NCBI GenBank assembly: GCA_003971905.1
Contig: RSEE01000083.1
Span: 248,001 to 301,222, forward strand
Length of the DNA stretch: 53,222 nt
From: Moniliella sp. 'wahieum'
Lineage: Eukaryota
Direction of reading: 5' to 3'
The notes beneath the pieces are model-generated. The model searched no databases. It saw nothing but the letters and a program-made list of their open reading frames with translations, and was not told the DNA's origin. The first letter of the stretch is position 1. The number at the start of each line of letters is the position of its first letter. Made by a program: the position numbers and the translations under genes. Positions 23,693 to 38,729 of this stretch are shown here, piece after piece.

Positions 23693-24716
23693 CTACAACG
23701 CTGTCCACCCCTTGGGCTCGGTCGCCAGCGACTGGCGCACGGACGTGGGGTAATCCACCAGCGCATCCCGCCCAATCAGGTCGACAAAGCGGCCGTTGTG
23801 CACCTCGTTCAGGTCCTCCTTGTCCAGCTCCGCCTCCTTCTCCCACGCCGTGTGCGCCAGCGGCGCATCGGGCCGGACAGCGAGGATGTTGTGGATGAGG
23901 CTGCGGTATGTGTACGGCGCCGTGAACGCCAGGATCCGCTCGCCCCCCACATCCGCCCGCGTCAGCGCCGCCACGTGCACCTGCGCCGTGTTCACCACAT
24001 TCACCATCCACTGCGGGCCCTCGTACTTGAGCCGGCTCAGGTCCCCCGCCGCCGTCTGGTACACGATCAGGTTGGTGTTGAACGACGTGGCCGCCGGGTG
24101 CGTCGGTCCCCAGTTTACATTGGGCAGGATCGTGGTCAGCGTAAACCCAGGCTGGGTCGTCTGCACAAACTTCCACGCCGCCTGCTCCGACAGCACCTTG
24201 CTCGCGGCGTAAATGTCCTTCTTGTTGCCGTTCGTTTGCGCCGGCACGACCACCTCCTCGTTCCACGACGCCGTCGTCACCTCCTTGCCCTGCGTAAACT
24301 GCGAATACGTCGCGGCAAACGAGCTGGAGGTGACCACCACCCGCCGCACCGACGGCGTCGCAGCGGCCACCTTGAGGATGCCCAGCGTGCCCTCCACGCT
24401 CGGAGGCACCACCTCCTCCCACTTGTCGGAAAACGTCAGCACGGCAGCCACATGCGCCACGCCGGCCACGCCTTGGATCGCCTTGGTATACGCATCCCGC
24501 CGCCATCATGTCGGGCACCAGCACCGTTTCAAACTGCCCCGGGTACAGCGCGTCAAAGTACGCGTGCAGGCCAGCGGCCTTGGCGTCGGTGCGCGCGGTG
24601 GCGCGCACGCGCAGACCGGCCTTGAGCGCTTGCTCCACAATGTGCGCACCGATAAAGCCGGTGGCTCCAGTGACGAGCACCAGCTCGCCAGGCTTCAAGG
24701 GCGGGGTAGGAGTCAT
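23693..24716 (-). CDS. NAD(P)H-dependent extended SDR (aldehyde reductase II / Gre2-like)
   Basis: Rossmann motif VLVTGATGFIGAHIV, VAHVA, SVRRVVVTSS and catalytic YAASK. One frameshift near 24490. Confidence 0.93.
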
Positions 24717-25415
24717 AGTAGCAGCAGTGGTGGGGGTGGGGATGGGAAGGGGTAGAGAGAAGGCAGGCAGAAGCACATGGGAGGGAGGTATAAGTACGGG
24801 CTGGCCGGCAGCTGCGCGCAGCATGGCCCGGCGGGTGCGGTGCAACGCCGACGCACAGACCACGCTCGCCGTGGCTGGGGGCTGCTGAGGGCTGCTGAGG
24901 GCTGCTGGGGGCGCGGGGGATGTGTGATGGAGGGCGGATGACATGTGCGATGGGAAGCTTTGTGCCAGTTGCGCTGTGCTCGGTGCCGCAGGACGCACTC
25001 CCTCCCCCCCTCGGTGCCGACCAGCCCGGCAACGCACCCACAGGATTGGACAAGGGTGTCTCCTGCGCAGCATGCCTGGGAATCCAATTCTGCATCAGTC
25101 GGCCGTGGGGCCCCGCGTTGGCATGGCCAGTGCCTGCTCCGCTTTGGGCCGCTGCTCCAGAACACTTTAGAAAGCGGTGCCGGCGCACGCGGGAACCCCG
25201 CCCCCAAACGCCAGGCAGCCTATGCGACTCGACCCCAATCCACGTTCCATCCCAGCCCCGTCCAAACGCTACGTGCTGGCCACGTGCAACGAGCAACAGC
25301 ACCCCCACCACGTCTTCCACCCTCTAACCCCCGTGCTTCCGCTTCCGTCGCTTGCATCCATTTCGACGCCGCTCATCTACAGTGTACGCCCCTCCCCTCG
25401 CACCTCCTTCCCCTC

Positions 25416-28400
25416 CTACCCCACCGCGGGGTCAACCGCGTCGGCCGGCTGCTGCGCGCGCTCGGTGCTCGCCTGCGCCGCTGTGGCCTGCGCCGCTGTG
25501 GCCTGCGCCGCTGTGGCCTGCGCCGCCTCGGCCTCGGCCTCGGCCTCGCACCTGTGTGGCCGGTCGCCCTGGCCGGCGCGGGCTCTGGCACGCGGCTGGC
25601 CTGGGCGGGGGAACCGGTGCGCGGGGTGCGTCGTGGGCCAATGTGGAGACCTTCGGCGACCAGCCGGCATGACGCAACTGGGTTCGTTCCAGGTCGCGCG
25701 CACGTACCACCCTCTCTGCCCTTCCGGCCGATCCGCGCGGGCGGTCTTCTTGCTTGGCGGCTGTGCCTGCGGCGGCGGCGGCAGGGGCGGCGGTCGGGAC
25801 AGCCCGCAAGCAGCAGGTACTGCATCGACCCCCACTCGCTGATCTTGCGCCGGAGCCATTCGTGGTCGACGGGTTTGTTGAGGAAATCGTTGCAGCCCGC
25901 AGCGAGGGCTGCGACGCGGTCCGAGTCGAACGATGAGGCGGTCAGCGCGACAATGATTACTGCCGGACGGTACTCGCCGTACTTGGCACCTGCGGGCGGC
26001 TTGGCTTCGCCCCCCGATACCGTGCCGGCTGCCGTGGCGACCGCTTGCGCCAGCAGCGCCGGGTCACACCCTTCTTTCTCCCCGTCTAGCGGCGGTAGGT
26101 CCCGCGCCGTCGGCGTGCTCGGCGGCGGGTACTTGCCAATCCCACTGATCTTCTCTTGGCGCCGGATCACCTTGGTCGCCACAATCCCGTCCAGCACGGG
26201 TAATTGAATGTCCATCTACCGCACCATCCCGTAGGGGGTTCACGTCAGCCTCCGCGTCCGACCGTCGGACACGCACCCACTCACCCACGCACAGCGGCGC
26301 GGCGCCGGGCAAGGGAGACACAAAGAACGAGAGAGAAGAGAGAAAGAGAGAGACGTACAAAGATGATGTGGAAACTACCATCGCGCCATTTCGCAATGGC
26401 CTCCATTCCGTTCTTGGCCACGTCAAATTGGATTTGGTTGCGGGTGAGCAGCCGACTGAGAATCTGCACGTTGATGTGGTTATCTTCGACTAGCAGGACC
26501 TTGATTGGAGGTAAGACGACTTTGGTCTTGGGATCGTCCGATGCCTTGGCCACCGCCTTGGGCTTCTTGGTTTTGGCCTTGGCTTTGGCCTTGGTTTTGG
26601 CTTTGGCCTTGGCCTGGAGAAGCGAGCCTTGCCGCGACGGCCCCGCCGACGCAGTCGCATCCTCATTCCCATTCGCATTCGCATTCGCATCCACATTCGC
26701 ATCCGCATTCGCATTCGCGTCCACATTCGCATTCGAATTCTCATTCGCATTGTGATTCACAGTTGCATTCGCATTCGCGTCCCCCTGCGCGTGCGCCGGA
26801 GTGGCCTGGGCTGCCTCGTCCTGGGACGCAGCAGCGAGCGCAGCCGAAGGCGCGTTGGCCACAGCCTCCCCGGCCGTACCCAACGACCGTCCGCCCGGCC
26901 TGGGCTGGCTCGCCTCCATCCCTGGCACGGGCACGGGCACGGGCACGGGGACCGTACTGGCCGAGCGGGAGTGCGCGCGCTAACACTGGCGCTGGGGCTT
27001 GTCCTGGTCTCGTTCGAGCCCGACGGGGGGGGAGCAAAGTCGCTTGGCGATCGAGCGTGGGCGGGGCGGGGTGACTTCCGGGTCGGTAGGATCGTGGGGC
27101 GGCTCGGTCTCAGCTGCTCGGCCAAGGGCGCGCCGGGCGGAGCGGAGGCCAAGAGCGGGTCCTTGGTGAGCGACGATGTTGCTGGCGTGCCTGGATCGGC
27201 CGAAACGTGCCCGGGGAAAAGAATAGCCCGGCCGGACGGCCTTGCGGATCTTGCAGCACCAGCCCGGGCGGCGGCGGGATTCAGGTACCTGCCCCGGACT
27301 GGAGGAAGCGCTGTCGCGGGCAAGTCCATACCCATTCCCATGCCCATACCTATGCCGGCCAAGGGCGTGCTCGGCGCATCGGATTTCGCATCCACCAGCC
27401 GAAGCCGACGCTGACGTCGAAGCTAACGCCGAGCCAAAGTAATCCATCGCTTCTCGCAACGGCGTCGCCGGCCCCGACCGTGGCACGGCTTGCAACAACG
27501 TGTACCGCGGACTGAGCCGAAGCGTGTCCAATCCGGCCTCGGGCTCGGCGGTGCAACGACCGAGGGAGGCACGGCCGCGCCCGCCGCCCTCGTCGCTGCC
27601 GACGACGCCTCCCCTGAAGCAGGAGCCGGAGGGCAACGGGGCCCCTTCGTGCGGGTCGGGCGGGACGGGGCAAGGGAGTGCCGGTACTGGGTGTGGCGCG
27701 GGGCTGGCCTGCCCGCTCCATCGCTGCATCAGCCAAATTCACCGTCGTGGGCGGCCCTGAGTGCGGGGCCGAGATCGGCGTGGCAAGTCCATAGGAGACG
27801 GCGCATGGTACGTCTGTGAGCGGGGGTACAGTTCCGGTCGTTGGGTTTGGGCGGGAGCAAGGCAAAGAGCGTCATCGCGCTTCGCGCGTAGTAGCAAAGC
27901 TGTCCCCTTGCGCCTCCTCGCCACGCGGCAAGGACGAGGCGGAAGAGAGCGACAGCACGCCGATCCCCGCGGGCGCAACGAGCGCAGCTGCCGCAGCTAG
28001 CACGCGCGACCGTTGGCCCGCATCTTCCACCTCGTCGTGCACCGTCAGCGACGAGATGGGATAGAAGCAGTAACTGTGACCTGGACCGGGTCGCCCGCAG
28101 GAGCGTGGCTGCTGGAGCTGGAGCTGGAACTCGCACTTCGACTTGTGGTGCGATGCGAGGCCAGCCGGACCGTAACCACTTCCCCACCGCGAACGTGTGT
28201 GGCCGCATCGGTCAGGACGTAGAGGATGGCAAAGGCCAACGCGGCCGGATCGGCACAGAGAACAGTTAGGGGCTCGGCAGGATCAAAAACGACGTGCACT
28301 GGCGACTCGGGCGCCGCACTCTGTGCTGCCCGTTCCGCCGAGGCGACCACCTGGGCCGCTTGGGCCAGGCGGAGTGAGCGTGACCACGTCCACGGCCACC

Positions 28401-28682
28401 GCAGCCGGGCTGGACGGCTGGCGCCCGTGCCGCGCGCATCGTCGCCAGGGAGAAAAGGCAGGTCCCCAGCCGGATAGGCTGTTGCCGCCGCATCGACGGA
28501 CTGACGCGCGTGGTAGCCAAGCGCGACGGCGGGGACCTCTGTGAGCGCAGGTAAGTTCCGGCTGGCGACAGGCACGCCGGCTGGGCGCCCGTCAGCGACC
28601 GCGCGGCCCCGACCACACTGGCCAGAATTACAGCACGCACGGCGCTGCCGGAAGACTCGGCGCTGCCCGTCAGGCGCTCCAT
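25416..28682 (-). CDS. SSK1: Response regulator Ssk1/Mcs4 of the HOG phosphorelay; intron 26216-26358
   Basis: [58 protein letters not shown] and [46 protein letters not shown]. The long N-terminal region is frameshifted and both ends are approximate. Confidence 0.9.
26664..26778 (-). repeat. Imperfect (GAATGC)n coding hexamer repeat encoding (Asn-Ala)n in SSK1
   Basis: GCATTC repeats on + translate as ANANA.. in the 26281-26946 ORF just upstream of the receiver domain. Confidence 0.85.
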
Positions 28683-28995
28683 CACGGCCGGAAAGTGAGG
28701 AGGGGCAGGGGGCGGAGGGGGGGAGCGGGAGACAAGAAGACGGGAGAGGTAGTGGTAGTGGTAGTGGTAGTGGTGCGGAGGGTCGTGGTGGTGATGGTGG
28801 GGTGGGGAGCGTGGCGGTGGCGGGGGGATAAGAGGCCCAAGGACAGCGATCAGCATCGGCTGTGCTCCTCAATGCACCTGCCCCCATTCCGCTCCCCCCC
28901 ATCTCCGCCCTGATTAAATAACAGCGGCCAGATTTTGTTTTTGGCTTTTGCTTTGCACTCCCACTCCCACTCCCACCGCAGCTGCATCGCGCCCC

Positions 28996-29735
28996 ATGTC
29001 GCTCCCGCCCTCCACCGCCCGCCCCGCTCGGGGCGGGTTGAGCAGCAAGATCGCCGGGCTCAAGTTCATGCAGCGCGGCCGCCCGGGCTCCCTCCACGCC
29101 TGCCTCAGGCGCTGCCTCCGCCTCGCCTGCCACCGCGCCGCCAGCACCAACGCCAGCGACGGGTGCTGTGCCCGCATCGCATCCTCTTCCCCCCGCTGCA
29201 CCGGACGAGTGGGTGCTGCCCTCGGCTGCGGCGGCGATTGCGCGCGCGAGGGAGAACCATGCACGCACGCGCCCCAGGCGGTGGTGCAGTACGATGACCA
29301 GTGGCGCTCGTGGGAGCTGACAGCGACCAGGACGACGCGCCGTCCAGCACGCGCGCCGTGGGACGCACCCGGTTTGGCCAGCATGAACCTCACCCCGCAC
29401 CGGAGGCGGAGGCGGAGGTGGATTCGGACGAAGGGCTGGAGCCCAAGTTGGTCTCGGACTCGGGATCGGACGTGGACTCCGACTCGGACTCGGACTCGGA
29501 CTCGGCCCGTTCTCATCCCAATTCCCTTTCTAGCTCAGGGGAGGAGGAAGAGGAGGCCAAGCCGCCTCCCCGACTGCAAAAGCCAAGTGTGTCAGGCTCG
29601 TTGGGCACAGCCCGTGCGCGCAACGTATCCGCTTCGTCGACCAACCGCAAGCCCAAGCGGCCTTCGACGCATCGGACTTGGCCGCTCCAACCGCCAGGAA
29701 CGGTACGGAAGGATGTGAAGAGAGGTGATGCATGA
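28996..29735 (+). CDS. Mpp6-like nuclear exosome cofactor (M-phase phosphoprotein 6 family), frameshifted
   Basis: N-terminal GLSSKIAGLKFMQR, a central Trp (DQWRSW) and AVGRTRFG resemble the LS..L..MKFMQR / E.W / GR.SFG motifs of MPP6, followed by an acidic SD repeat and a basic tail. Confidence 0.65.
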
Positions 29736-31046
29736 TGCGAGCAGACGTGTGTGTGGTGGCTGGGTTGGCCGGAACATGCTGAACGCCGGCGGACTGGTTT
29801 GTAAGGATCAGTTGTACGATCTGCATCGACAGGTTGGTTGGTGAGGGTGTTGGGTGTGGGCAACGCGTGGACAAATAGTCACAGCCCCGCCTGCCCTCCA
29901 GCCGCACTCAGCAGAGGATCCGCTCTGCGGGGGGGCGGTTGCAAACTAACGCCGCTGTTCTGTGGCTCGCAGCGTCTCTACAGCTGAATGCATTGTAACA
30001 GTGGAGTGGAGAGGACGGGGTGAGCATAGGGATGGCCACTCCCCACATGACTCTGAACTCCGACAACAGGCCAACCAGTCGTACGTAGCAAGAAGTTAAA
30101 TCGGACCAGGCCGGTCAGTATATAGGGCAGAGGAGAAAGACTCGTTCTGCATTCCGAGAAGCGCTGGCATGGCGTGTGACAAGAGGTCCATATGATGCGT
30201 GACATGACACAAGGTCCACGACAATAAGATCAAAATGGCGGGGCTAATGGTCGAAGGTAAGATGGAGGACTGATTGATTGGCAGGACACTCGGCTGGGCA
30301 AGGTGGCCCTTGCGCCCCTACAGCGTGGCAGGGATGAAACAATCCGTGTTTAGAGGGGGGGGGGGGGGGGCGAGGGGGCGTGGGCTTCAATGCATATCTC
30401 ATCTGGTTGGGTGTGTTGAACCGGCGGGGTGGAGCGCAGTAGACCCGTCTCCGAGATGGAATGCCACCGGCTGGTTGGGTGATTGTTTGCGGGCTCCACA
30501 GATCCAGGAGCAGGACAGAGCGGGTGCATTCTGTGACGTGTGGCGGATGAGTGATAAGGCATTCATGGCGAGAAAGCGGTCGGACTGAGAAGGAGACAGC
30601 GTGTTGTTTTTGGAAAGATGGCTGTGGAGAGGATGGCGAAGAAGCGTGCCTGGGGCTGATGTGTGGTGTGGGGGATGGATGGATGGCACAGCACAGCACA
30701 ACGCAGGGCGAGGAGAGCAGGGGTGCTTTACCGAGTGGCGCCTGCCGCAGGGCGCCAGTGCCAGCCCCGCGCGCCCCTTTGCCCGCCCGCACCGGCTGGC
30801 GAGCGGCGCACTGCGGCGCACATCCGCCAGTCACTAGTCCATAGCAGAGTCCCGCCACTGCTGCGAGCAGCATACGGCTCGAAGCTAGCAGCTCCGTCCC
30901 CGTGGATCCTCCGAGCAACCCTGAAAGAAGAGACCGCCTCGCCGCACCCGTCCTCGCCTCGCCGCGCCTCTCCTCTGCGCCGCCATGCCCCCCCCCCCCC
31001 GTCCCCGCGCCCGCCCTGTCCGCCGCCACCGCGCACCACCTCCCTC

Positions 31047-33574
31047 ATGGCCCTCCCGCCGCCGAGCCACAGCAGCCGCTCCTCGCCCCCGCCCCCGCCC
31101 ACCACCAGGCTCCACCCCGTCGATGCCGTCCGCCAGCTGGTGCGGCGCCTCTCGTCCCGCGCCGCCCCCTCGCCTCCGCCGTCCCGCCCGCCATCCCAGC
31201 CGCCATCCCAGCCGCCATCCCAGCCACCATCCCACCGGCCGCCCCCCCGCCCGCCCCGCCGCCGTCGCAGCCCGTCTGGTGGAGCGACGAGGCGTCCGGC
31301 CGGTCCTTGCTGCGCTCCACCCGCACCCTCCACCCCCCCCCACCCGCACCCGCCTGGCGCTCCTTTGTCAGCACCGACTCGGTCGGCGAGGACACCCTCC
31401 ATCCCAGCTTCTCCTACAGGAGCCAGAGCAGCTTCTCCTCCGCCCCAAGTGGCTCGACAAGGACGCCTCCCTTGCCTCCCTCAGCCTGCCTCCCTTGGAC
31501 ACCCTCACCCGCTCCACCTCCATCCTCAACCGGCCCTCGCCCCTTTCGGCACTGGCACGCGACCCCTTTGCCAGTCCCTGCCGCTTCCAGGCAGGCACTA
31601 CGCCTCTTCCCACCACCATCACCACCGTCGCTCCACCCCCACATCCCCGCTTCCCTCCCCGCCTCCGTCCCCTCCGCCCCGCAACACTGTGGGGGATGGG
31701 TCGCTTCTTACACTCCCATACGGCATGGGCTCTGGTACGCTCGACCTTGATCTTCGCAGCGAAAGCAGTCACAGCTCTCTTGCCACTGCACCGACGCGCC
31801 CGCCTCCACGGTCGTCCCTGCCCCGCTCGCATCCGCCTATATCCTATCATCCGCCCCGCACGCGCACAACAGTTTGACACTTCCTCTTCCGTTCGTTCCG
31901 CCTGGTCCTCCTCCAGTTCGAGCGATGACCCCCCCGTCCGACGCTCGCATCGCCCCTTCTCACCGCAGTCGGCCAACGCGGACGCGGTAGACCCCGCTTC
32001 CGTCTTCACCGTTCCTCCTCCTTTGGTACTGCGTCGGGTGTGGAGCTGCGCCGTTCTTCCTCGTTACGAAGACGATCTCGCTCAGGCTCGGGCTCGGGAT
32101 CGGGCTCTCGCCGCGTTTCTGATCCAAGTGCGCACGAGACCCGACGCGACTCGGCCTTACGTCGGCTGGTGTCCTGGACCTCCTCCTCGAGCGCCTCGCG
32201 TCGTCGACAAGCACCCTCGAACCCATGTCCTCCTTCCCCCCGCCCCTCCTCCCCTCCTCCCCTATTGCACCCCGTCCTGCTAATCCCCCCCTGCCCCCGC
32301 CTCATCCGGGCACAGCGCTCCAAGATGCAGCCCGCACCTTCCGCACCTTCTCACTCGTACTGCTTCCATAGTCAGTTCAACAGTAGGCCGCATCTTGGGT
32401 CGCACACCCGACCGCACACCACCCCCTCCACACGACACCCACAGCCTCCCCACCCCGCCCACCACCACCGCCCAAACGGTGGTCCTTGGCCCGGCTGCGT
32501 ACGTTTTCCCACCCCTCCCGCTCTCCACCACAACCACCTTCACCTGCCCGGGCGGGATCGTCGAGGCAAGCGAGCCAAACGCGCATTTGGTACATACCTC
32601 CCAACAAAGAACGCAGTATCAAATTGGGCCTGGCCTGTGCCGGCGCGACCGTGACAGCCACCAGCTTTCCCACCGCCTCTGCGCCACCGCCGGCACCAGC
32701 ACCGTTGCTCTCTCCTTCGCTCCTACCTGTGCCAACAGCGGACGCAACCGCAGCCGCAAGCGTAGGCGTAGGCGCAACTGCTACAGGATCATCCCCCCCC
32801 CCAGCGACCCACGGCGCATCTCCCCTCCCGATCCAGCGCCACGGTTGGTCTCTAAACTGACATCCAAGCTTTTCTCCCTCCGCCCGCGGAGCACGAGGCC
32901 GCCGCGAGAACACTACCTCCCCGCCTCCTCTTCCTCCTCCGCCTCCACCTTCTCATCCTCCTGAACAGCCAAGGCCCCTGCCACCTACCAGGTCCCCACC
33001 GCCGCCGCCCTGGCCAGGCCAAAGACCCCCTGAACCGCTTGCTCCACCGTCTGCCCAGCGAGATGGAGCATACGGGTCATGCGACGTTTGGCTTTTCGAG
33101 TGGGTACGTTGAACTTGATCGCTCGGTTCTGGCTCTGGCTCGGGCGCGGGAGTGGGCACAAGCACCGCGGGTGGGCTGGCCCCCGCACCAGATTCCCCGG
33201 TGGAGCACGCACCATCGACGCCAGAGGTACTGGTATGCCCGCACTGGCGCGAGTGGGCCCACGCTCTGCGAGCCAGCTCGCACACGGGCTCGGTGCTACG
33301 CGAGGACCTGGGCGAGGGGGATGTAGTGTGGCAAAGAGTACATGCGCTGGGCGCTGAGCATCGGGATCCTACCTCGTGCATCGGGTACGTCGCCCTGCCG
33401 GCACCTGCGTCGCCTGCGTCGCCTACTTCGCCAGCCGTGGGGCGTGCAGTGCGGACCGAGTCCCGGCCCGGGTCGGGGCCTGCCCCTGCCCCTCCCATCC
33501 TTCCCCGCACCATCCCGGCAGCACTGCGGGTGGGTGCTGCGCGTTTCGGCGCGCTCGTGAGGCCGTCGGAGTAG
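31047..33574 (+). CDS. Hypothetical Ser/Pro/Arg-rich low-complexity protein, heavily frameshifted
   Basis: Chain of overlapping + ORFs with protein-like islands (HPVDAVRQLVRRLSSR, SQPVWWSDEASGRSLLRS, SALRRLVSWT, IWYIPPNKERSIKLG, FGFSSGYVELDRSVLAL). No domain recognised and boundaries uncertain. Confidence 0.45.
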
Positions 33575-35180
33575 TATGCAGGGTGGGCACCATCGCAGCG
33601 CCCCCCCGTGGCCTCATGCTGTTGGGTCCACAAAAAAAGCAGAGACGGGTTCTGGCAGTGCGGCTTCCTCTCCCCTCCTCTCTGTTCTCCCAACCCCCGC
33701 GCGCCTCGGGCCCGCATAGATGGCACTGCGCTCTTCGATCTTGCACGAAGGAAAAGGGCGAGAGAGCGAGGCTGGGGGTGCGTCTTGGACGGACTAGGAT
33801 GGATGGATATTGATTCAACGGTGAGCACTCACTGAGTGGCGAACATGACTCATGATGAGTACACGAACGCGAACGCCGCCATGCATGCGATACCGCCACG
33901 GCCCCTGCGGGTAGAAGGAAGAAATGGGATCATCGATCATGTCGAATGACAGATGAGATGGTGGCGTCCACAGGCTGACATGTAGATGTCAGATCACTAG
34001 TCACATCTGAGATCTCTGAGATCTGCGAGGAGGGAGGACAAGACAGGCTCTGGCAGTTGATGACATTTTGATGAGCTTGCTGACATTACATCTTCCCAGT
34101 GGGACGAGCGAAAGGCTACAGGCGATCGACACGCAGCCACTGGTGCTCAACTGAGCATCATCGGCAGCATCAATGGGCCCAGGCTGGGAGTGAGTCAAGG
34201 CAGGGGGCGACGGGGGCAGCGGGGGCACTCGGTTTGGCCCGGGTCCGCCGCTTGGTGGGGGGAGGCGACCACGACGCAGGGGGGCTCGCATGGCCTCCCA
34301 CGCTCCTCGCTTCGTCCGGGGCTGGCCGGACCGCCCGGCTCGGCCCGGCAGGGGCCGAGCAGCGGGCGGTGCGCGACGAGTGATGGATGCATGATTGGCG
34401 CGGCAGCCGCCTGAAAAGGTGTGGGGCCCCGGGCCAAGGCGGGGCGTGGCGGAGCGCGTGGGCGGCCGGATGGTCCGGGTGGGCGGGTGGGCGGGTTTAG
34501 CGGGACGGGCGCTGGGTAGACGTCTATATGGGTGCGAGGGGGTGGAGAGGGTTACGATGGACGGGGAGGCGATGCAACCTATTGGGACTTGGCTCGTCTG
34601 GGACGCAGGCCGCAGGATCGATGGATTGGGGCGTGGAGTGGATGGATTGGGGCAGGGGTCGATGGCGCCTGGCCCGCAGGAGAGACGGCGACGGCCACCA
34701 GCCGGCTGGGCGGATGCGTGGCCGGCGGCTAAGTTTCTCCATGCCGGCCTCCAAACCATCCACGCCCTTCGCCTCCCGTCCACCCGCTCCACGCCCCAGT
34801 GGAGGCCAGCGCACGCGAGAGCGCTGCTGGGCAGCACGGCGCCAGTGTGCCCCCCGCCGCAGTTCTTCTGAGCCCAGGGCGCATCCAGAAGCGCCGCTGT
34901 TTTCCCCGCCGCGCACAGCAGCATGTCGCGCGTGCGGCCACTGGCGCCGTACGCCCGCGTCGCCCGCAGCGCAGCGCGGCAGCCGCTCTGCCCCAGGCTG
35001 CCCCTGTGCGGCGCAGGACCCTCCCAGCGTTAATCCCACTGCGCCCGCAGCCCACGCTCCTGAGCCCGCCCAGCGCCAGTGTGGGTCGCACCCACACTCG
35101 TCCTGTGCGCATCGTGGTGCGCACTCATATCCTCGGGAAGGTCCGTGCGGCAGTAGCCGGAGCGGAAGAGCGGCGTGGAA

Positions 35181-35185
35181 TATAA
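35181..35185 (+). promoter_or_regulatory. Putative TATA box of GAPDH, followed by a CT-rich tract
   Basis: TATAA in very GC-rich surroundings, 117 bp upstream of the GAPDH ATG, with a pyrimidine tract at 35215-35297. Confidence 0.6.
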
Positions 35186-35297
35186 GGCCCCGTCTGCGTC
35201 CTGGCCAGCCGGCGTCTCCTCTCCCTCCACCCTTCCCTCCCACCCCACTCTTCCCACACACCGCCTCCTCCGTCTTCTCCCCACCGCCCCATCCACC

Positions 35298-36413
<1,116 letters not shown>

Positions 36414-37068
36414 TAAGCTCTAAGCTGCTGCCATTGCGCTGCCCATACGGCCCTGGAATTGGCCTCGACACAAGGCTCAGGTCCAGCATGATGTCCCTGC
36501 CCTACAGGACACATTGAATACCGTATCCATCATCAAGACTTACAAGTGGCGGTCGTTGTATAGCCCCAGGAGACGTGCAGATAGGTTGGTAGGTTGCCCA
36601 GCGTTGGCGCGCACGGCCATTGCAATGGTCATCGATTGACGATCGTTGAGCGAGTGGATCTAAGCTCTAGGGTACGTACGAATCATGTTTACGTATGGCA
36701 GCCAGTAAGTGCTAAGCTAAGCGCTAAGCACTCCAAACAGTGGGGTTTAGGCATCGCTGCTACGGACCCCTGATTTGAGTCCAGCCTAACTAGTTAGGCC
36801 TACGCACCTAAGGCCTAAGGCCTAATGCCTAATGCCTGATGCTCCGGCCTGATGCACTGATGGACGGTTCGCGCTCCGGCGGGAGAGACGCCGGAGCACT
36901 GTTCCATGCCGATCGCGCCCATTGGCATGCGAGGGCACGGAGACAGTGTCCCTACGCAGTGTTGGCCCATGTCACATGGGCGCGTCATAAATGGCGCCGA
37001 CGGATCCGCCACCCGATGGTCCTGCGCTGCTTGACCGCCGCGGAGATAAGGAATGTCCCCCCCCACTG

Positions 37069-37101
<33 letters not shown>

Positions 37102-38063
37102 ACTGCATCGACACCACCGTTACCACTACCAATCCTGGTCCATCTGCACCGCGTTGTGCGGGGCGGCCCCGGTCCGCTTCTGTTCCGCCCTTTTCCTGTT
37201 GCGCTGCGGCTCCGCACTGCCTTCCCCTGGTTGCACCACCCTCCTCCCCCGCCTTACTCGTTTTCCATAAGCCTCCCGCCACTCCCACAGGACCAATAAG
37301 TTACACCACTGCGAACGGTCAAGCAGATTGAATGGCGACACCAAACCCATGACTTGAAGCTTGACGTTTGAGATGATCGAGGAAGATTGATGATGTCGAC
37401 ACTACAACGTCTAGTATATAGTCAACGTAACACATAGTAACATCCGCTCTTGGGCTTATCCACCAGCCGCATTCTTCTCGTGCGACATGATAACGTACCG
37501 AGCCGCACGGCTTGAACGCCCGCTCGGCAAAGAGGTCTGTGCTGGGCGTCTGATTCCTACGCAGCCTTACAGTTTAGTGTTCCTTGTACACACATCCAGC
37601 GTCCCCGTCTAGCATATCGTAGTGTACGCGGGCACCACGGCGGCGGTCAGCAGGCCATTGGACGTGGGGTTATAGGACGCAATAGCTAAGCCGCCACAGC
37701 ACCACAGCACCACAGCCAACTATACCCATCGACCGTCGAGTTTGTGGAGCACAGTGGATTGACCTCACAGAGGCTCGCAGACAGAAGGCGCTGTGGAGGA
37801 GAGGAACAACACTAAAAAAGAATGCACAGCTGAATAGGAATAACACAGGGAGAATCAAAAGAAGGAGAGAGAGCCCAGGTGAAGGAAAGGGAGGATGGGG
37901 CGACCCCCAAACGCCAGATAGACTGTGACATCGCAGCCCTCAGACCCGCTGAAAAAGATCAACGTAACGAGAGAGAGGACGAAACAGACCCAGAAAACAA
38001 AACAAAAGAAAAAAAAAAAGAAATAGGAGGCAGGTACTGGAGTCGACTGAACGTGTCCGGCTC

Positions 38064-38729
38064 CTAGGCGATTTGGAAGAGCTGGTACGTTTCGTTCGAA
38101 CCCAACCGGGCGCCCAAGCTCTGTGTGTGTTGTTCATTGGCTTGAACATGTACCGCGAGTGGGGTTGGATTCCACCGGCCCACCAGCAAAGTAGAGTTGG
38201 TAGGTTGAGTTGCTCGACCGCAACCAGTTGCCATACTTGGTTGGAAATCGTAGAGATGTCATCGGTCAAACAGGGGCGTTGCGAGAAATGGGACAGGGCA
38301 CGCGTCTCGTTTTGCGCGTGGATCTCGACACAGGTTTGGCATCCGAAGCGAGGGTAAGCTGACCGTACACCGTCTGGGTCCCGACGCGTCGGTGGTACCG
38401 GCAGCGTTGGAAACCAAGGTACGAAGACGTCAGACCGAAAAAGGTCAAGTCCTGAGCAGGCGCCTCGGCGGCGGTACCGTTGGGTGCCATCTCCAGGACC
38501 GGCTCACCGGTCTGGTCACGATCGTTGTTAAAGGAGACAGTCTTGTTGAACCCGATGGTGCTGCCGATGAGGTAGAGCGGCATGGCTGGCCAGGCATCGC
38601 CCGGGTCACGCTACCAACGCGTGGAAGAAGAGAGGAGTGGGCGCGACGGTGCCCTGGGCTGTGGCCAGCCAGCACGCCAGCCGCGCTGCTGAGCGCAGCC
38701 ACCATCGACACGAGGGGCAGAGCAAGCAT
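38064..38729 (-). CDS. Small secreted protein (~220 aa) with a ricin-B-like QxW repeat, frameshifted
   Basis: Signal peptide MLALPLVSMVAALSSAAGVLAG. After repairing 1-nt slips it reads VYGQLTLASDAKTCVEI...QRPCLTDDISTISNQVWQL, with several N-x-T sequons. Confidence 0.6.

Noticed and set aside
33846..34010. Possible box C/D snoRNA (ATGATGA ... CTGA)
   Set aside because: No terminal stem and no recognisable rRNA-complementary guide; these words are common in the local TGA-rich motifs.
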